DNA of 64,000 bases, from assembly GCF_009914755.1 (NCBI RefSeq), contig NC_060929.1; one strand, written 5' to 3'. Position 1 is the stretch's first letter; each line of letters begins with the position of its first letter. The stretch comes from the human T2T-CHM13v2.0 reference genome, Homo sapiens. The notes under the pieces were generated by a model. That model saw only the letters and a program-made list of their open reading frames with translations, did no database searches and was not told the origin of the DNA. Positions 1-17,019 of this stretch are shown here, piece after piece. Both the position numbers and the translations under genes were made by a program.

Positions 1-233
1 AAAGCAAGAAGAAGCAAGTCACATCTTACATGGGTGAGGGCAGGCAAAGAGAGAGCTTGTGCAGGGAAGCTCCACCTTATAAAGCCATCAAATCTCATGA
101 GACTTATTCAGTATCGTGAGAACAGCACAAAAAAGACCTGCCCCCATGATTCAGTCACCTCCCACCAGGTCCCTTCCACAACATGTGAGAATTCAAGATG
201 ATATTTGGGTGGGTAAACAGCCAAACCATATCA
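1..233 (-). mobile_element. THE1-family (MaLR) LTR, cut by the window edge
   Basis: Ends ...cagccaaaccatatca, the reverse complement of the THE1 LTR start TGATATGGTTTGGCTG; internal THE1-like motifs (tctcatgagacttattca, gacctgcccccatgattca). Confidence 0.85.
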
Positions 234-1580
234 CTACCCATAGCAAACTATGGATTATCTGCATTCCCTATTAAAATTCCAATAGCATTGTTCACAGAAA
301 TACAAAAAAAATTCAAAAACTCACATAAAACCATGAAAGACTCCAAATAGCTAAAACAATCTTGAACAAGAAGAACAAAGCTAAAGGCACCACTCTTCCA
401 GATTTTGAAATATATTACAAAACAATAATCAAAATAGAATTGTATAGGCATAAAAACAAACACACAGATCAATGAAAGATAACAAAATCCACACACATAT
501 AGTCATCTAATCCTGAAGTAAGGCAGCAAGAATGCACAATGAGGAAAATATAGTCTCTTCTATTAATGGTGCTGGAAAAACTAGATATCCATTCTAAAAA
601 CCATGAAATTGGACTTTTATCTAAACCTACACACAAAAATCAACTAAAAATGGGTTAAAGACAAAAACATAAGACCTGAGACTGAAAAAGTCCTAGAAGA
701 AAGCATAGAGAAAACGTCCCATGACATTGGTCTGAAGAATTTTTTTTAAGTATGATAACCCAAAACACAGGCAATGAAAGCAAAAATAAACAATAAGGAC
801 ATTAAAGTAATGCACATCAAAGGAAACAATCAACAAAATGAAAAGGCGACCTATGATATTGCAGAAATTATCTGTTCAACATATATCGAGGGGTTAATAT
901 TGAAAATATGTGAGGAACTTATACGACTCAGTAGCAAAAAATAACAATAAAGAAATAACTCAATTCTCAATTTTAAAACAGGCAAAAACCTAAATAGATA
1001 TTTCTTAAAATAAGACATACAAATGGCAAACAGTTATGTGAAAAAGTGCTCAATATCACCAATCATCAGGGAAATGCACACTGAAACTACAGTGATATAT
1101 TATCTCACACTTGTTAGATTGGCTATTAATCAAAAAGGCAAAAGATAACAAATGTTATAGAGGATACGGAGACAAGGGAACACATACATATACATTGTTG
1201 GTGGGAATTTAAGATGGTACAACCATTATGGAAAATGGTATGGAAATTCTTCAAAATATTAAAAATGGAATTACTATGTAATCCAGCAATCCAATTTTTG
1301 GGTATATGTTCAAAGGAAATAAGATGGCTATCTCAAAAAAATATCTGCACTATCATGTTTATTTGCATTATTGTTCATAACAGCCAATATATGGAAACAA
1401 GGGCCCATGAATGGATGAATGAATAAAGAAAATGCAGTAGATATACAACATTAAATTTCACTCTACCTTTTTAAAAAGGGAAAATATGTGACAACATAAA
1501 TGAATTAGGATGACATTATGCTAAGTGAAATGAGCCAGACACAGTAAGACAAATAATGCAGTCTCATTTATAGATGGAAG
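234..1580 (+). mobile_element. Old L1 (L1M/L1MA-type) ORF2 3' region, degenerate
   Basis: Recognisable L1 ORF2 C-terminal motifs, e.g. VQPLWKMVWKF in ORF 1214-1426 and aatcatcagggaaatgca; many stops. Confidence 0.8.
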
Positions 1581-3267
1581 TGATTTTATTTGTTTCATGA
1601 TGTCTAGGATATATACTAGGTACTAAGGTTAGTAAGTATCTCTTTGAAAACTGTGGGGGTTTACATCCTGCAATTAAGCATATTTATTGTCCTTTCTTCA
1701 ACTTATTCTAGCTTCTTGCATTAATCTATATGTATAAGTTGGAAATAATAGTACTTGGTTGTTGAGATAAAATGAGTAAATGTATCTAAAGTATTTCAAA
1801 CGGTGCTTGGAATTTTGAAATTACTATACATGTGCACCTTCCTGGATTATTCCCCTCATATCATCTTGACAACCCAGAATATTGATAAGGAGATGTCAAC
1901 CTACCATCGTAATCCTTGCCTCTTAGTAACAGTTTACGGTCCTGGAATGTATTCTCCAGAGTTCATATTATGATCTTCCTGTTTCTTAAGGTATTCAGCT
2001 GAATACCCCAGATTTTGAGTCCACCTCTTTGATAGCATAAATTTATTGGATAAATATATTATATTTAAATATAGCCTACACATAAACTAAGAGACCATTT
2101 CAAAGTATTTAAAACACAAAATGAAAATGTCAATAATCGCGGGTGACTCAGTTAATGAGAAAAGGAAATACAAGTTGATTTAAGGGCTACAGTGTTAATT
2201 AATCTAAGAGTAATAAAGAAGAAGCATTAGCAAAGGAAGTTTGAAAGCAGACTCTGCCATGTAAGCAAAAATTGCAAAATACCCCTCCAATTTCTATTGT
2301 AGTTATTCTTCCGATTAAGTATAGGCTTAAGGAAAGGCTTTCTGAAAAACAGACATTAAAGCATAGACCTGTAAGATAATAAGTTAGCCAGACAGAGTGG
2401 AGTAAAAGGAGATGGCTAAAAGAATTAACTAATTTACCCATTTTTAAAGATTCTACTTTCAATAAATTATGATCCTAATAATCTAGTAAATATTCAGTTT
2501 TAAATGCTTAGCAAACTCTATTTTTGACATTTGGTAATCTAGACTTTTTATTTCAGCTTCTCTATTTGAAAAGTACTCCAGCTTAGCTCTGTGATTTCAG
2601 TATATAACTACTTATATTATTCATCACTTTCTGGAAACACCTGGTAAGAATAATATTAAATAATATGGGACTTCTGTTGACCTTACCTTGCCCTTTACCA
2701 CAATGACTTGGACTCAATTATGGGCTACATACATCTGTACTGTTTGGTTAAAATGAACCAAAACCCAACTTAAAGTAATTAAATTTAAAAAAAAGATTTT
2801 TTTTAAAAAAGAAATGTACTGGTCCTTGTAAAAAATAACTATTTTTACAGATTATTCTTGACTGGAAGGATCTAATAAGTTATGAGAATATTACTTAAAT
2901 TGATCTCACACTTATACAATACCTGAAAACTATTTGCAATCAACATAGATGCGTCATTACTGACTTGTATGCAGTACTTACATTTTAATGCTTTTTAAAA
3001 ACTCATATTTGGTGGGAAAAATCTTGACTTGTTGCCACTTTTGTGTGAACTGAAAACATGTCCTTTACAGTGAAAATAGAAAGCTTCACACTCCCTTCTA
3101 TCCAGTTGACAGGAATATATTTTCTTATATTTGTAGCCAACTGAATTGATTATATAATTCTTTTCAGGGAGGAATGACTTCAGATCAGCTCTTCCAAAAC
3201 CAAAGATATCTTTTAGTTTTTGGTAGTTGTATTCCAATAATTTGCGTGTGTGCATCCAGCAATTAAC

Positions 3268-4136
3268 ATATATAAATATAAATATATATAAATATATATT
3301 TATATATATTTATATTTATGTAAATATATATTTATATATATTTATGTAAATATATATTTATATATTTATGTAAATATATCTATATATTTATGTAAATATA
3401 TATTTATATATATTTATGTAAATATATATTTATATATATTTATGTAAATATATATTTATATATATTTATGTAAATATATCTTTATATATATTTATGTAAA
3501 TATATCTATATATATATTTATGTAAATATATCTATATATATATTTATGTAAATATATCTATATATTTATGTAAATATATATCTACATATACTTATGTAAA
3601 TATATATCTACATATACTTATGTAAATATATATCTACATATACTTATGTAAATATATGTATCTACATATACTTATGTAAATATATGTAGCTACATATATT
3701 CATATATGTAAATATATGTAGCTACATATATTCATATATATATTTATAAACATATATTTATATATATATTTATATATAATTATATAAATTTATATATATA
3801 CAAATTTATATTTATATAAATTTATATATATACAAATTTATATTTATATAAATTTATATATATTTATATATACATATTTATATATAAATATATAAATATT
3901 TATATATATTTATATACAAATATTTATATAAAATAAATATGTATTTATATAAATATATTTATATAAATATATTTTTATATATTTATATAAATATTTATAT
4001 AAATATATTTTTATATATTTATATAAATATGTATATAAAAATATAAATATATTTATATAAATATATTTATATAAATATATTTATATAAAAATATATTTAT
4101 ATATATGAATATATTTATATATATTTATATATATAA
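3268..4136. repeat. Long AT-rich (TA)n-derived minisatellite / low-complexity array
   Basis: About 870 bp of near-pure A/T with recurring units such as tatatatttatgtaaa and tatatctacatatacttatgtaaa. Confidence 0.95.
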
Positions 4137-4582
4137 ATACACACATACACGCTTAAATGGGTTGCACCTATTTTCTCGGCTAATAGTCTTGTTACCATCA
4201 TTTTTGCTACAGATCTGTACAACTTCCACTGTTAATGGATTCATTCATTGGATGATATGCTTTCTCTATGGTCCTGTTGAAACCGTAGGGCCTAAGTAAT
4301 TCTGTGTCCTACCTCAATGCAGAGAAAAAGAGAACTATTACATTAATCCCTTCTGTATGTATCATTTTTGTCCTCTGTCTTATTCCCCGCTCTGTTTTTC
4401 TCTTTCTCTCCTTCCCCCACATAAAGAACTGTTATGTCTCTCCCCTGCTTAGTCTATTAAATCCTATCTGGCTCTGGTTTAAGCACCATCAGAGAATACA
4501 TGCAATAGAGGCTCATTAGGGGGAGTGACCTCAAGTTCAATATTGCTTAATTTCTCAAAATCTTTGTGTAAATAAATAGTAC

Positions 4583-4757
4583 TTGGAAAGTATTTCCTGA
4601 AAATTAAGTAGTCTGTTCATTTTTCTTGCTTGAAGATTCTTAAGCTTTGAGTAAGGGAAGGCATAAGAGCATCTTCAAATTGCACATATATTTTATACAC
4701 ATGAATCTTAATGGGCAGTCCATTATTTTCACCAGGTATTCAAAATGGTCTGTAACT
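4583..4757 (+). repeat. Donor copy of a ~175 bp local duplication (second copy at 8307-8480)
   Basis: ttggaaagtatttcctgaaaattaagtagtctgttc...ggtattcaaaatggtct occurs at both positions with about 10 differences. Confidence 0.95.
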
Positions 4758-4806
4758 AAGAAATGGCTGGAGAATCACCTCACCTAATATTTTCAAAACT
4801 AACTGA

Positions 4807-5185
<379 letters not shown>

Positions 5186-8028
5186 AAACACATTAAAACC
5201 AACACTTAACAAAGAGAACACAGGTTCTCTTTGGTCTAGTGAAGATATTTATGTTTGGTGTCTGGATGAGCAATACATGTGCCTCTTAAGAAAATGGCCT
5301 ATCTTCATATTTTGGAAGGCATGGCTGAAGAAACTGTTTGCGTTTCTCTCCTCTTTCTTGCTTTACTGTTAGTGCAGTTCCAGATTCCAGCCTTGATGCA
5401 AGCTATTGTATTCCAGGGCATACATTTTTTGTCACCTTTGAATTTATTCTATTGTTTCTACCTTTGTTTATCTTTGCCACAAGTAAAGGTTCTTTACTTC
5501 TTTTGATATGTATTTTGGTACACTATGTATTTCTATAAGCTTCCCTAAATCATTTCCAAAAGCACTGAGCATATAAATATAAATGAATAAATAAATAATA
5601 ACAGTGACTGAGGCAGAATATAAATGATTTTGTTTGTTTTATAGATTTTTTTCACATGGTCCACAGTTTTAATGTGGTTTCAGAAATAGTTCTTTAATCC
5701 ACATGAAACTTTTGTAGTTTTTATTATAAGTACTTATTTTTAAAGTTTAACAGATACTAATGTATCCTTAATGAAGTACTAAGAGAAAAGGAGCCAACAT
5801 TAAAAAAATGAATCCAAAGAATTTGAACTCGAATGGCAAAGCAAAGAAGGTTCTCTCATGCCCCAATTTGAGATTTAAAAATATACTTTAGGCATTCCTG
5901 CCTTTGATAGATGTACTACATTACAGTCACTTGTTCAGAAAATATAACAAAATTAAATATACCACTCAAAATACAGTCTACTCTGTATTCCACTTATAAA
6001 AATAATTATAAGTTTTTGCCTTGGGACGTATTTTAGGGCACACTATTGTACTTGTGTGTGTATGCTTGTTTGAGCTTTTTGTTTTAGTCAAATTACAGTG
6101 ATTTAAATAGGTTTTTTCTTTTAGTTTTAAACTTGCATTTGTAAAAAGTTAATAAGTACTGCTTCTTCGCTGCTGTTTCATACAAATAGGTTGCTGACTA
6201 TCATCTTATTGTCTTGTTGTAGGATGGATTAATGAATGGAAAGAGGGTTAAAAAAAAAAAGAAACTGATTTTTTCTCTTTATGGCCTAAGTAGAATTCCC
6301 CAATCTGCAGTGCTTTCTATCAAATAATTACTTGAACAGACATTTTCTGGGTAAATGGAAAGTCAAAGTCTTGGGCATAGCATATCTAATAAGCAAACCC
6401 TAATGATCTGCTGTACAACATTTCTTCCCAGCCACATATTCTGTATGTTGTAATGGAAACATTAAGTCTTAGAAAAAGGAATGAGCACTTGGTTTATATT
6501 ACATAAAACTGGCAAACACAGGCTAGGTAAAATTTTTAAAGCACGAATATTTATTTATTTTTTAGCCTCAATGAAAGCTACTACAATTGCCCTTTTGGGG
6601 TAGGCTGTGTGCCCAAGAATATGCTATATGCTTACACAAATGGGAGAGGCTTCCACACCATCTGTCTCATCCCAGCCTAGGTGTGGGTTTAGTTCTGTGA
6701 CAGGTACATGATAAGTGTTTAGAGAATACTTGTAGCATAATTGATGTCACTGTAGGAGGGGATAAAGGCCCTACACAGTGGATCTGTGACTCAGACATAT
6801 CTGTAAGGGAGGAAAAATGAAGTGCCCAGTCTGCCAAAAACCAAGCTTGCTGGAATAGAAGTAAATGAGTATCTGGCAACTCCTAGTTAAAAAGCTCACA
6901 TCTACTGCTCCCTCTCAAACTGTGAATAATTTAGTTCTGAGCTAGAAGGTATGTTCATTGATCTATTCAGCGTCTACCAGAAGTGTCAGATCTACACTAG
7001 CTCTTAAAGTAGGAGAAGAAAATGTGCGCATCACTTCCTTTACAAGTCTGGGGTGAATTGCTGCTGTAAAGACTTCACTCAATACACAAAGAGCAAAGTG
7101 TATGACACTCTTTTTTAAGGGCTGTTAACATAGACTGAAGAACAAACTCTCCAAGTAGTCAGCAAGTAGGCTGGTAAAAATAAAACGAAGACACTTGAGA
7201 TTGAAAAGTCTGGTAGGCTTGAGAGTGAACATTTGAAGAAATAGCTACTAGGAACTATATTCCACCTCTGGAGAAACTCAGTGTTATTGTAAAAAATACT
7301 CTCTAAACTAAAATAAGGATAGAAATATGCATCCAGAGATGTGAAACCAGCTGAAGAACATAGAGCAATGCTTCTAGGTTCTTCTTACTAGATCCCTTTT
7401 AGGATGTTTGGTATTAATCTCTTTGATAAATTTGTTCAAGTCTCTACATTACTACTTTATCTGTCAGGATTTGACCCAAGAAGTAGAATCACAATGAGTG
7501 ATGTAGAATAAAAAATGTATTATAGAGACTTTCACCTCACACAATTGGTGTGGGAGTCTATGCAAGGCTATTGCATGTGCATCTTGCTCTGGCCTCGAGT
7601 CTCAAAAAGTCAGCTAGGCAAGTGCAGAGAAAAATTGGAACCCATGAGGCCAAGTGGGAACTCACATCTGTCTTATACTGCAAAAAACACATGATGCACA
7701 TAACTTGTAAGAAAAACTTAAATATAAATTCCATGGTTAGCCTAATGTTCTTTAAAAACAGCATTTTATCAGCTTACTACTACTATCCCTACACACTCAA
7801 CTCTTTACAGAACATTAAAAAAATTATCTGAAAGATTAAAAAAATGTAACAAGTCATCATCTAAAATTAAACCACAGTTGTCTTCAGGAAGCAGGAGACT
7901 TTCTGAGGGGACTTTTAGACTAGAAGGCGTTTTCTTAAAGAATCATTCTCAATATAAGAAAATGGAATCTTTCTATTTTTAGAATCTGTGCACAACAGTG
8001 GTAACGATAAAGAAGAGTCATTGGTCAC

Positions 8029-8902
8029 TGTATTAGTCAGGGTTCCCTAGAGAAAGAGAATTAAATATATATATTATAATTATATAATTAATTATATAAT
8101 TAATATAATATATATATAATTAATTATAATTAATAATATATATTATATTATATTATATTATATATTATAATATATATTATATATTATAATATAAATATAT
8201 AATATAATTATATAATATATAATATATATTATAATATAAATATATTATAATATATATAATATTGGAAAGTATTGGATATATATATATATAATATAGAATA
8301 CATTAATTGGAAAGTATTTCCTGAAAATTAAGTAGTCTGTTCATTTTTCTTAATGAAGTTCCTTAAACTTTGAGTAAGGGAAGGCATAGGAGCATCTTCA
8401 AATTGCACATATATTTTATACACATGAATCTTAATGGGCAGTCCATTATTTTCATCAGGTATTCAAAATGGTCTTAAACTGTATATAATATAATATTATA
8501 TATATGTATAAAACGGGGAGTTTATTAAGTATTAACTTACATGATCACAAGGTCCCACAATAGGCTGTCTGCTGTCTACAAGCTTGAGGAGCATGGAGAG
8601 CTAGTCCAATCTCAAGACTAAAGAACATGGAGTCCGATGTTTGAGGGTAGGAAGCATCCAGCACAGGAGAAAGTTGTAGGCTGGGATGCTAGCCCAGTCT
8701 CATCTATTCACATTTTTCTGCCTGCTTTATATCTGCTATCAGCTGATTGGATTGTGCCCACCAGATTAAGGGTGGGTCTGCCTTTCCCAGCCCACTGACT
8801 CAAATGTTAATCTCCTTTGGCAATACCCTCACAGAAACACCCAGGCACGATACTTTGCATCCTTCAATCCAATCAAGTTGACACTGAGTATTAACCATCG
8901 CA
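8029..8902 (-). mobile_element. MLT2A (HERV-L) solo LTR with 5-bp TSD GTCAC; contains an AT microsatellite and a templated insertion
   Basis: TG...CA ends; 3' end ...caagttgacactgagtattaaccatcgca matches the reverse complement of the MLT2A start; GTCAC at 8024-8028 and 8903-8907. Confidence 0.9.
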
Positions 8903-9648
8903 GTCACATAAAAAAGGTGAGTCTTTTTGTCCCTGTTCTTCTAAAATTAATGTTGTATTTTGTAACTATATCTACGAATACCATATCTACCAGATTAATC
9001 CCAGGTCACATGAAGACTTTCCATTCATAGCCATTCAATTGACTGGCATTACAGTAATATGCTGTTCAGGAATTTGGTACAGCTAACACAACAACTGGCT
9101 AAGCAATGTAGTTTTGATGTGTAGTAAAACTATTTTTATTCTTCCTCTAGGGAGGAATATTGAAGGCTGGCTCTTTAAAAATAATCAGTTTAGAATAAAG
9201 CAGCCATATGGCTAACTGCAATAATAATTTCTATTTTAGTTTCGTTTTAGGTAACTTAGAACCTGATACTATAAGTACTCTTTCGTATAACAACAGAACA
9301 AAGCCTAGGCACTTCAGCCTTAGTATTCATGTTTGTGTACAAATCTTGAAATTTTGAAGATAATTTGAAGGACCAAGCACCATATAACTTGTTTCTAAAT
9401 ATTTCATATTTACACAATGCCTTACAGTAATATTTACTCTAAAATGTCTAGAAGTTTAGAGGGAAATTAAGGAAAATAAAGTAATATATACAAATTATTC
9501 CTTAGGAAAGGAATTTATATAACACATTTTACCTAATGCAAAATAAACTAGAAGAAAGAAATCAATGAACATACATGCTCACACTTTTAGGTTCAGTTCA
9601 CATTGATAAAGACATTAAAAGAAGAGATCGGTTGACCAATATATATAT

Positions 9649-10012
<364 letters not shown>

Positions 10013-10219
10013 TCAGGGCATACACATCAACTGAGTTGGCTTCTTCTATGTCCAAAAAAACAAAGAAGAAGATTGAGATTTTATTGGGAAAGAGAAAAGT
10101 TACCTAAGTTGTTTTGAAAGGATGTTCTTTGGCACTTACGGAGCTACGCAGGAGCTGATGAGGAGCTTTGATTGGTGAGCAGTGGCAATTACTAGATAAA
10201 CCTAGTCTTGAACTTAGAG

Positions 10220-10540
10220 CTTACGCCTATAATCCCAGCACTTTGGGAGGCCGAGGAGGGCGGATCACGAGGTCAGGAGATCGATACCATCCTGGCTAAC
10301 ACGGTGAAACCCCGTCTCTACTAAAAATACCAAAAATTGGCGGGGCGTGGAGGCGGGTGCCTGTAGTCCCAGCTACTCACGAGGCTGAGGCAGGAGAATG
10401 GCCTGAACCCAGGAGGCGGAGCTTGTGGTGAGCAGAGATCAAGCCACTGCACTCCAGCCTGGGCGACAGAGCGACACTCTGTCTCAAACAAACAAACAAA
10501 AGAACAAAAAAAACAAAACAACAACAACAACAACAACAAA
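10220..10540 (+). mobile_element. AluY, slightly 5'-truncated, with (CAA)n tail
   Basis: AluY-type motifs ggatcacgaggtcaggagatcga, accatcctggctaacacggtg and ggaggcggagcttg. Confidence 0.9.
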
Positions 10541-10679
10541 ACTTACAGAGGGCCATTTTGCTCTGGAGACAGTTTTTGGAGCAGTCCTTTGTGACCTGAG
10601 TGTTTTTCTAACTGCCTCTCATTTCTATTTTCACTGGGTGTGACAGAAATGATTCCAATTTGTATAATCAATTCCCACA

Positions 10680-13600
10680 TTTTGTTCAAGATCCTTTTAT
10701 AAAAATATTGCTGATCAATCATCTCTGAAGTTAGGTTAAATTGTTGCTTCATGCTTAAATGGGTCTGTCCTGGTTGTCTCGGGTCTCATGTAAGACAGAA
10801 AACATGAAAGTGAATGTCAAGGACCCAGACCACATTTGAGCAACAAAGAAGACAGAAAGTAAAGCCCTCTCAGGGAAGCTTCTCTTGGAGTTCAGCAGCA
10901 ATTTCCATCTTATTAGTACCACAGGCATTAACAATCGTCTAGCAGAATTGAGTTAACATTTCCTGTTGGGATGCTAGCTTTACAAATAAGACAGGCAACA
11001 AGAAACAAACTTACATATCGCAATGTAAAGAATAACCAGCAAAAATATAACAAATCTAGTCTGAATAATAGTTCTAAACCATGAACAGATTAAAAACTTC
11101 AGATTTTCAGAAACCAGCTAAACAAATAGAGAATTTCAATTATATTACATGAAATTTGTTGAAGCCAAGTGGCTTGTTCTCTTAACTTATAAAACTGTGA
11201 TTCTACTTCCCCAGAAGAATTTATCTATATGTAATGTTAGCAATTGCACAAATATCACCTTGTTTACCTTATATGCAATCTACAGTAATTGTTATTTAGC
11301 TTATATGCAATTTACAGTAATTGTGTTATTTAATATTACTTTAGTAAGAGAATCTAGAGATGTTTGTTGAGTAGCAATGTCTTTAGCTATGGAGTCAACT
11401 ATGGCTCTGATTTTTAACGATAAATTTTTGATCGTTGTTTACAGGTGACTATTCCCAATCTAAGGAAAATGGAATTTAATGAATGAGGCTCATTCTGTTG
11501 GATTTATGGTAAAGTATAAATTGGATACTTGGTAGAGTATAGTATCTCTCTACTATATATCTCTCAATAGTACCATATCAATGCTAAGAGATATCATCCA
11601 ATGTTTAGATTTCATTAATTAAATTGAATCTAGAAATATACTAAACCTCATTTGCCTTTTATTTTTTATTTATTGAGAGATGATATTGTCCATGCATATA
11701 GTTGACTGTTGAATACTCTACAGATGAAAATTTATCCAAATGGAGCACAAAGAATAATTAATTCCATATAAAGTAATTTGTCCATTAAGTTACTCATAGC
11801 AAGGTTTTGGTAGTATTTATCTAAGGTTCTATTATTGAACTATTATGTGATTGAAGGCCATCAATTATTAGACTAAAGTCTAAATGTTTTTGTAACTTGC
11901 CAAGTTTTTTAAATTCTTTTACCATTATTAAAAACATAATCTTAATCTAACTTTAAAATATTTTTGCTAACCTAACTTTAAAATAAATTTGTATTGTTCG
12001 AGTAAAACAAGAAACCCGAATATGGGACATGACCTACTGAAACTGACTGGATGTACCCTTTGAACAGTTACATGGGGAATATTAGTGAAATCTGTTACGG
12101 AGTAGACTAAGGGTTCACTTGTATCATGGACAGATCAGGGGTTTGCTGACAAATCCAAGGCCAGTTAAGTTTCCCCCCTTTGGCAGCAGATTGAGAAACA
12201 TGAAGTAAAGCATTGTTTTTGTAGGAAAACAAAGGCACATAAGAAGAGACCAATGATAAAAGGAAAAGGGCATACTGGCCTGATCTGGACATCTTGGAAT
12301 AGTAGTCTAGGTATCATATGCTTTAATTTTGGGTGAACTTTAGCTTTAAGTTGCCTGTCAGGGTGTTGGTCCAAACAGGAATAAGAGTTTTTTTTTAAAT
12401 GAGAAATGTGGATCCAAGAGTCAATACTTTTGAATTTGGCAACACACAGACTGGTGAGAAGGACTTGATATGGATACTTAAAATGATGCTTCAGAGAGTC
12501 CTTATATAGGTATCTTTTCCAGTAGACAAACATCACCAGTTTGTAGATTATGGTATCTTACATATTCATCTCACAGAAGCACACTGTGGAAAGACTGTTT
12601 TACTAAAGTATAATCTTTATCCATTCGTTTAATAATGCCCTTAGAATATTAGGGTACATCTCCATTTATTAACTGAGGGTCAGTAGCAGAGAAAGCTAAG
12701 GACATAGAATGGCCTGTGGTTATTTTAAAAGGTGAAAGTTTATGAAGCCTAAAGCAGGTGGCTTTCAAATTTAATAAGACCAAGGGAAAAATCTTAGGCC
12801 AGGGAGGTGTGAAGTTTTCATAAATTTTGTCAACTGGGTTTTTATATATGCTAATAAAATAAAATAAAGATTCCACATCAACATCATCAAAAACAGGGTT
12901 TATCAGTCACCCGTAGCATTATTCCCCAGATACTGTTGCAATCAAGGCATCTTCCATTTGGATGGATGTTGTTGGAATGGGTGTGATGGTTATGAACCTT
13001 TAACCATTTATTAACTGTATTTGGGTCTGCTGATATAGGTGAAGAGAGAAATCAAAAGATTGTTGGCTTTCATCAAGTCATCCAACCAGAGTGCTTACTG
13101 AAGAAGATGCAGGATGTGACCAGGGCTTAATCTTTTTCTTGTGATATAACTTTCTTTTCTGTCTAATGATGTGCCTGACACTTAGGTATAAAGCTTCATG
13201 TACATGACCGCAATTCTCACAGCTGTATGACCCTGAAACTGAAACAGACAATGGCATATTGAGAATGACTGATTGGACAGACTATGAGAATATCAGATAA
13301 TACTACAAGAAATACTCCAGGAAATTATCCCACGGGACATTATATCCTCCTGGTTATCAGTCACATAATGACTTTCATGTGAGAGTTAGCAGAGAACACT
13401 AACACACTTAGACAGTTGGTTGTAAATAATGTATGCTGAAGACTACTGCAAAGAACACCTGCCTAATACTTTTATGAATTTCACATTTCTTTAAAGATTA
13501 TATGTCTGCTTATAGGATTCGCAGGTTTAATAGACATCTTTAAGTGTAAGTCTGAGTAAATCTTAATATTTTTTGAATATTTATTTCAAAAAATATACAT

Positions 13601-13755
13601 TCGGTTCCAGCAAATCTTAAAATAGTTTTGAAATAAGGATATCACACCCTCACATAAGAATGGAGCAAGCTTGGGCAGCACAAGGAGAATTATTTAGTCA
13701 CCTTTCTCTTTTTTTTCTTTACACTGCTTGTCTCGTTACACAGAAAATGCATACT
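10680..13755 (-). mobile_element. ERV1 internal region: degenerate pol (integrase) and env remnants
   Basis: Minus-strand peptides WPKIFPLVLLNL...HKLSPFKITTG (integrase 3' core), YPYQVLLT...DSWIHISHLKK (GPY/F domain), and env TM QQTSLDSLTKVILNN...QGDICAIAN...REQATWLQQ near 11150-11430. Confidence 0.85.
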
Positions 13756-13759
13756 AGAA

Positions 13760-14843
<1,084 letters not shown>

Positions 14844-14844
14844 C

Positions 14845-15650
<806 letters not shown>

Positions 15651-17019
15651 TGTTAGTGACTGCAAGTTGGCAATAAGGCACAAGACCTTATTAAATTCAA
15701 CTTGTAAAACCTCTTGATGGTCAGCCTTTCAGGCTTTTCCTGAGAAAAAAATGCTACTTTGCTCTTCAGTGAGATAAGTGAAACTTTCTGATATTATGAT
15801 AATGTACACTCTCCTCTGACTACAATAATTAGGGAGAGAAACGGCTTCCCAATTGCCATAATCCTGCACAGGATTCAGACTTTCTTCTGGGCTTGATTAC
15901 AATTTCTAGACAAAAAGTTATGTATCTACTGCCATAAGTGAAATAGAATAGCACACAGAGTTCAAGAGTATATGAAGTGTCTTATATTGATCATTCATTG
16001 GCCCTGTAAAATCTGCACTGAGATTGTTTATGCATAATCTCTCTCTCTGCTAAACTTCTTAATGTGCTTCTCTGCCTGACTAAGTCTGTGGTATCTATAA
16101 GGCTTGCACACACAAACTTTAGAACCTGAACCTGTATACTCCTGACTTTTTGCTGTCTAAATTTCTTAAATGCTTTTATTCTGATTATGCCTTAAATGAC
16201 ACATTAATATGCAACTTCATTTTTTACATATTCATGATGCCTATAACTACACATTTCTTAGAAATGTTAACTTGTTTGCAAAATGAATTTGCATAATTTG
16301 GGGAATATTTTTAGATAATAGTTCCAATTTTATCCTCCTTTTGTGGATACTATGATATATGCATATTATATGTTGGGGCTTTTGCCCTGCTCTGTTACCA
16401 ATATCTATGTAGAGTACAGTTTTATGACTCACTTTCTACCATCACAAAGTAACTGCTACTGGACCTGGTCTGCCACTACAAATACCTGCAAAACTGGAAA
16501 ATATAGAAACTGTTTCCAGACATTGTATAATAGGTGTCATAGGACTACAGTCACTGAGAGAAAGGAAACAAAATAGGTTAGCCACAGAGTTAGACTGGTT
16601 TTCTGTGTGAATGCATGTTCCTGACTAGCCAAAGAAAGCCCAAGAGTGGTGTCACTAGCTGAGAAGAAAAATACAGGAATTTGAGGCTACTGAGATGGCT
16701 GAAATTTTCAAAGCAGTGTACAGGAGAGAACATATGTGTGTAAAGAAGGAGTTTAAGAAATCTGCATGAATCATCTTCAGTCTTTGGCTGAATACCAAGT
16801 GGAACATGCGTAAGCTGGCACTCCCAAAGGCTATATAGAGAATTACTGCCAGAGGAAGTACAACTACTAGGAATCCATGAGCTGAAAAACTGTTTCAAAT
16901 TGCACAGAACAGATATTCTAATTCTAATTAGCCAGCTATTATTTAGGACAATAGGTAGCAGAGAGGCAACATTTTAGTGGTAGGTCTACTGGAGCCTTCA
17001 AGTAAAGGCCTTTCTTTAC

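Noticed and set aside
3268-4136. Repeat array as CRISPR-like
   Set aside because: Low-complexity tandem units with no unique spacers, no cas genes, and a primate genomic context.
4304-4519. Hydrophobic 71-aa ORF
   Set aside because: GTG start; T-rich DNA yields hydrophobic translations; no supporting gene structure seen.
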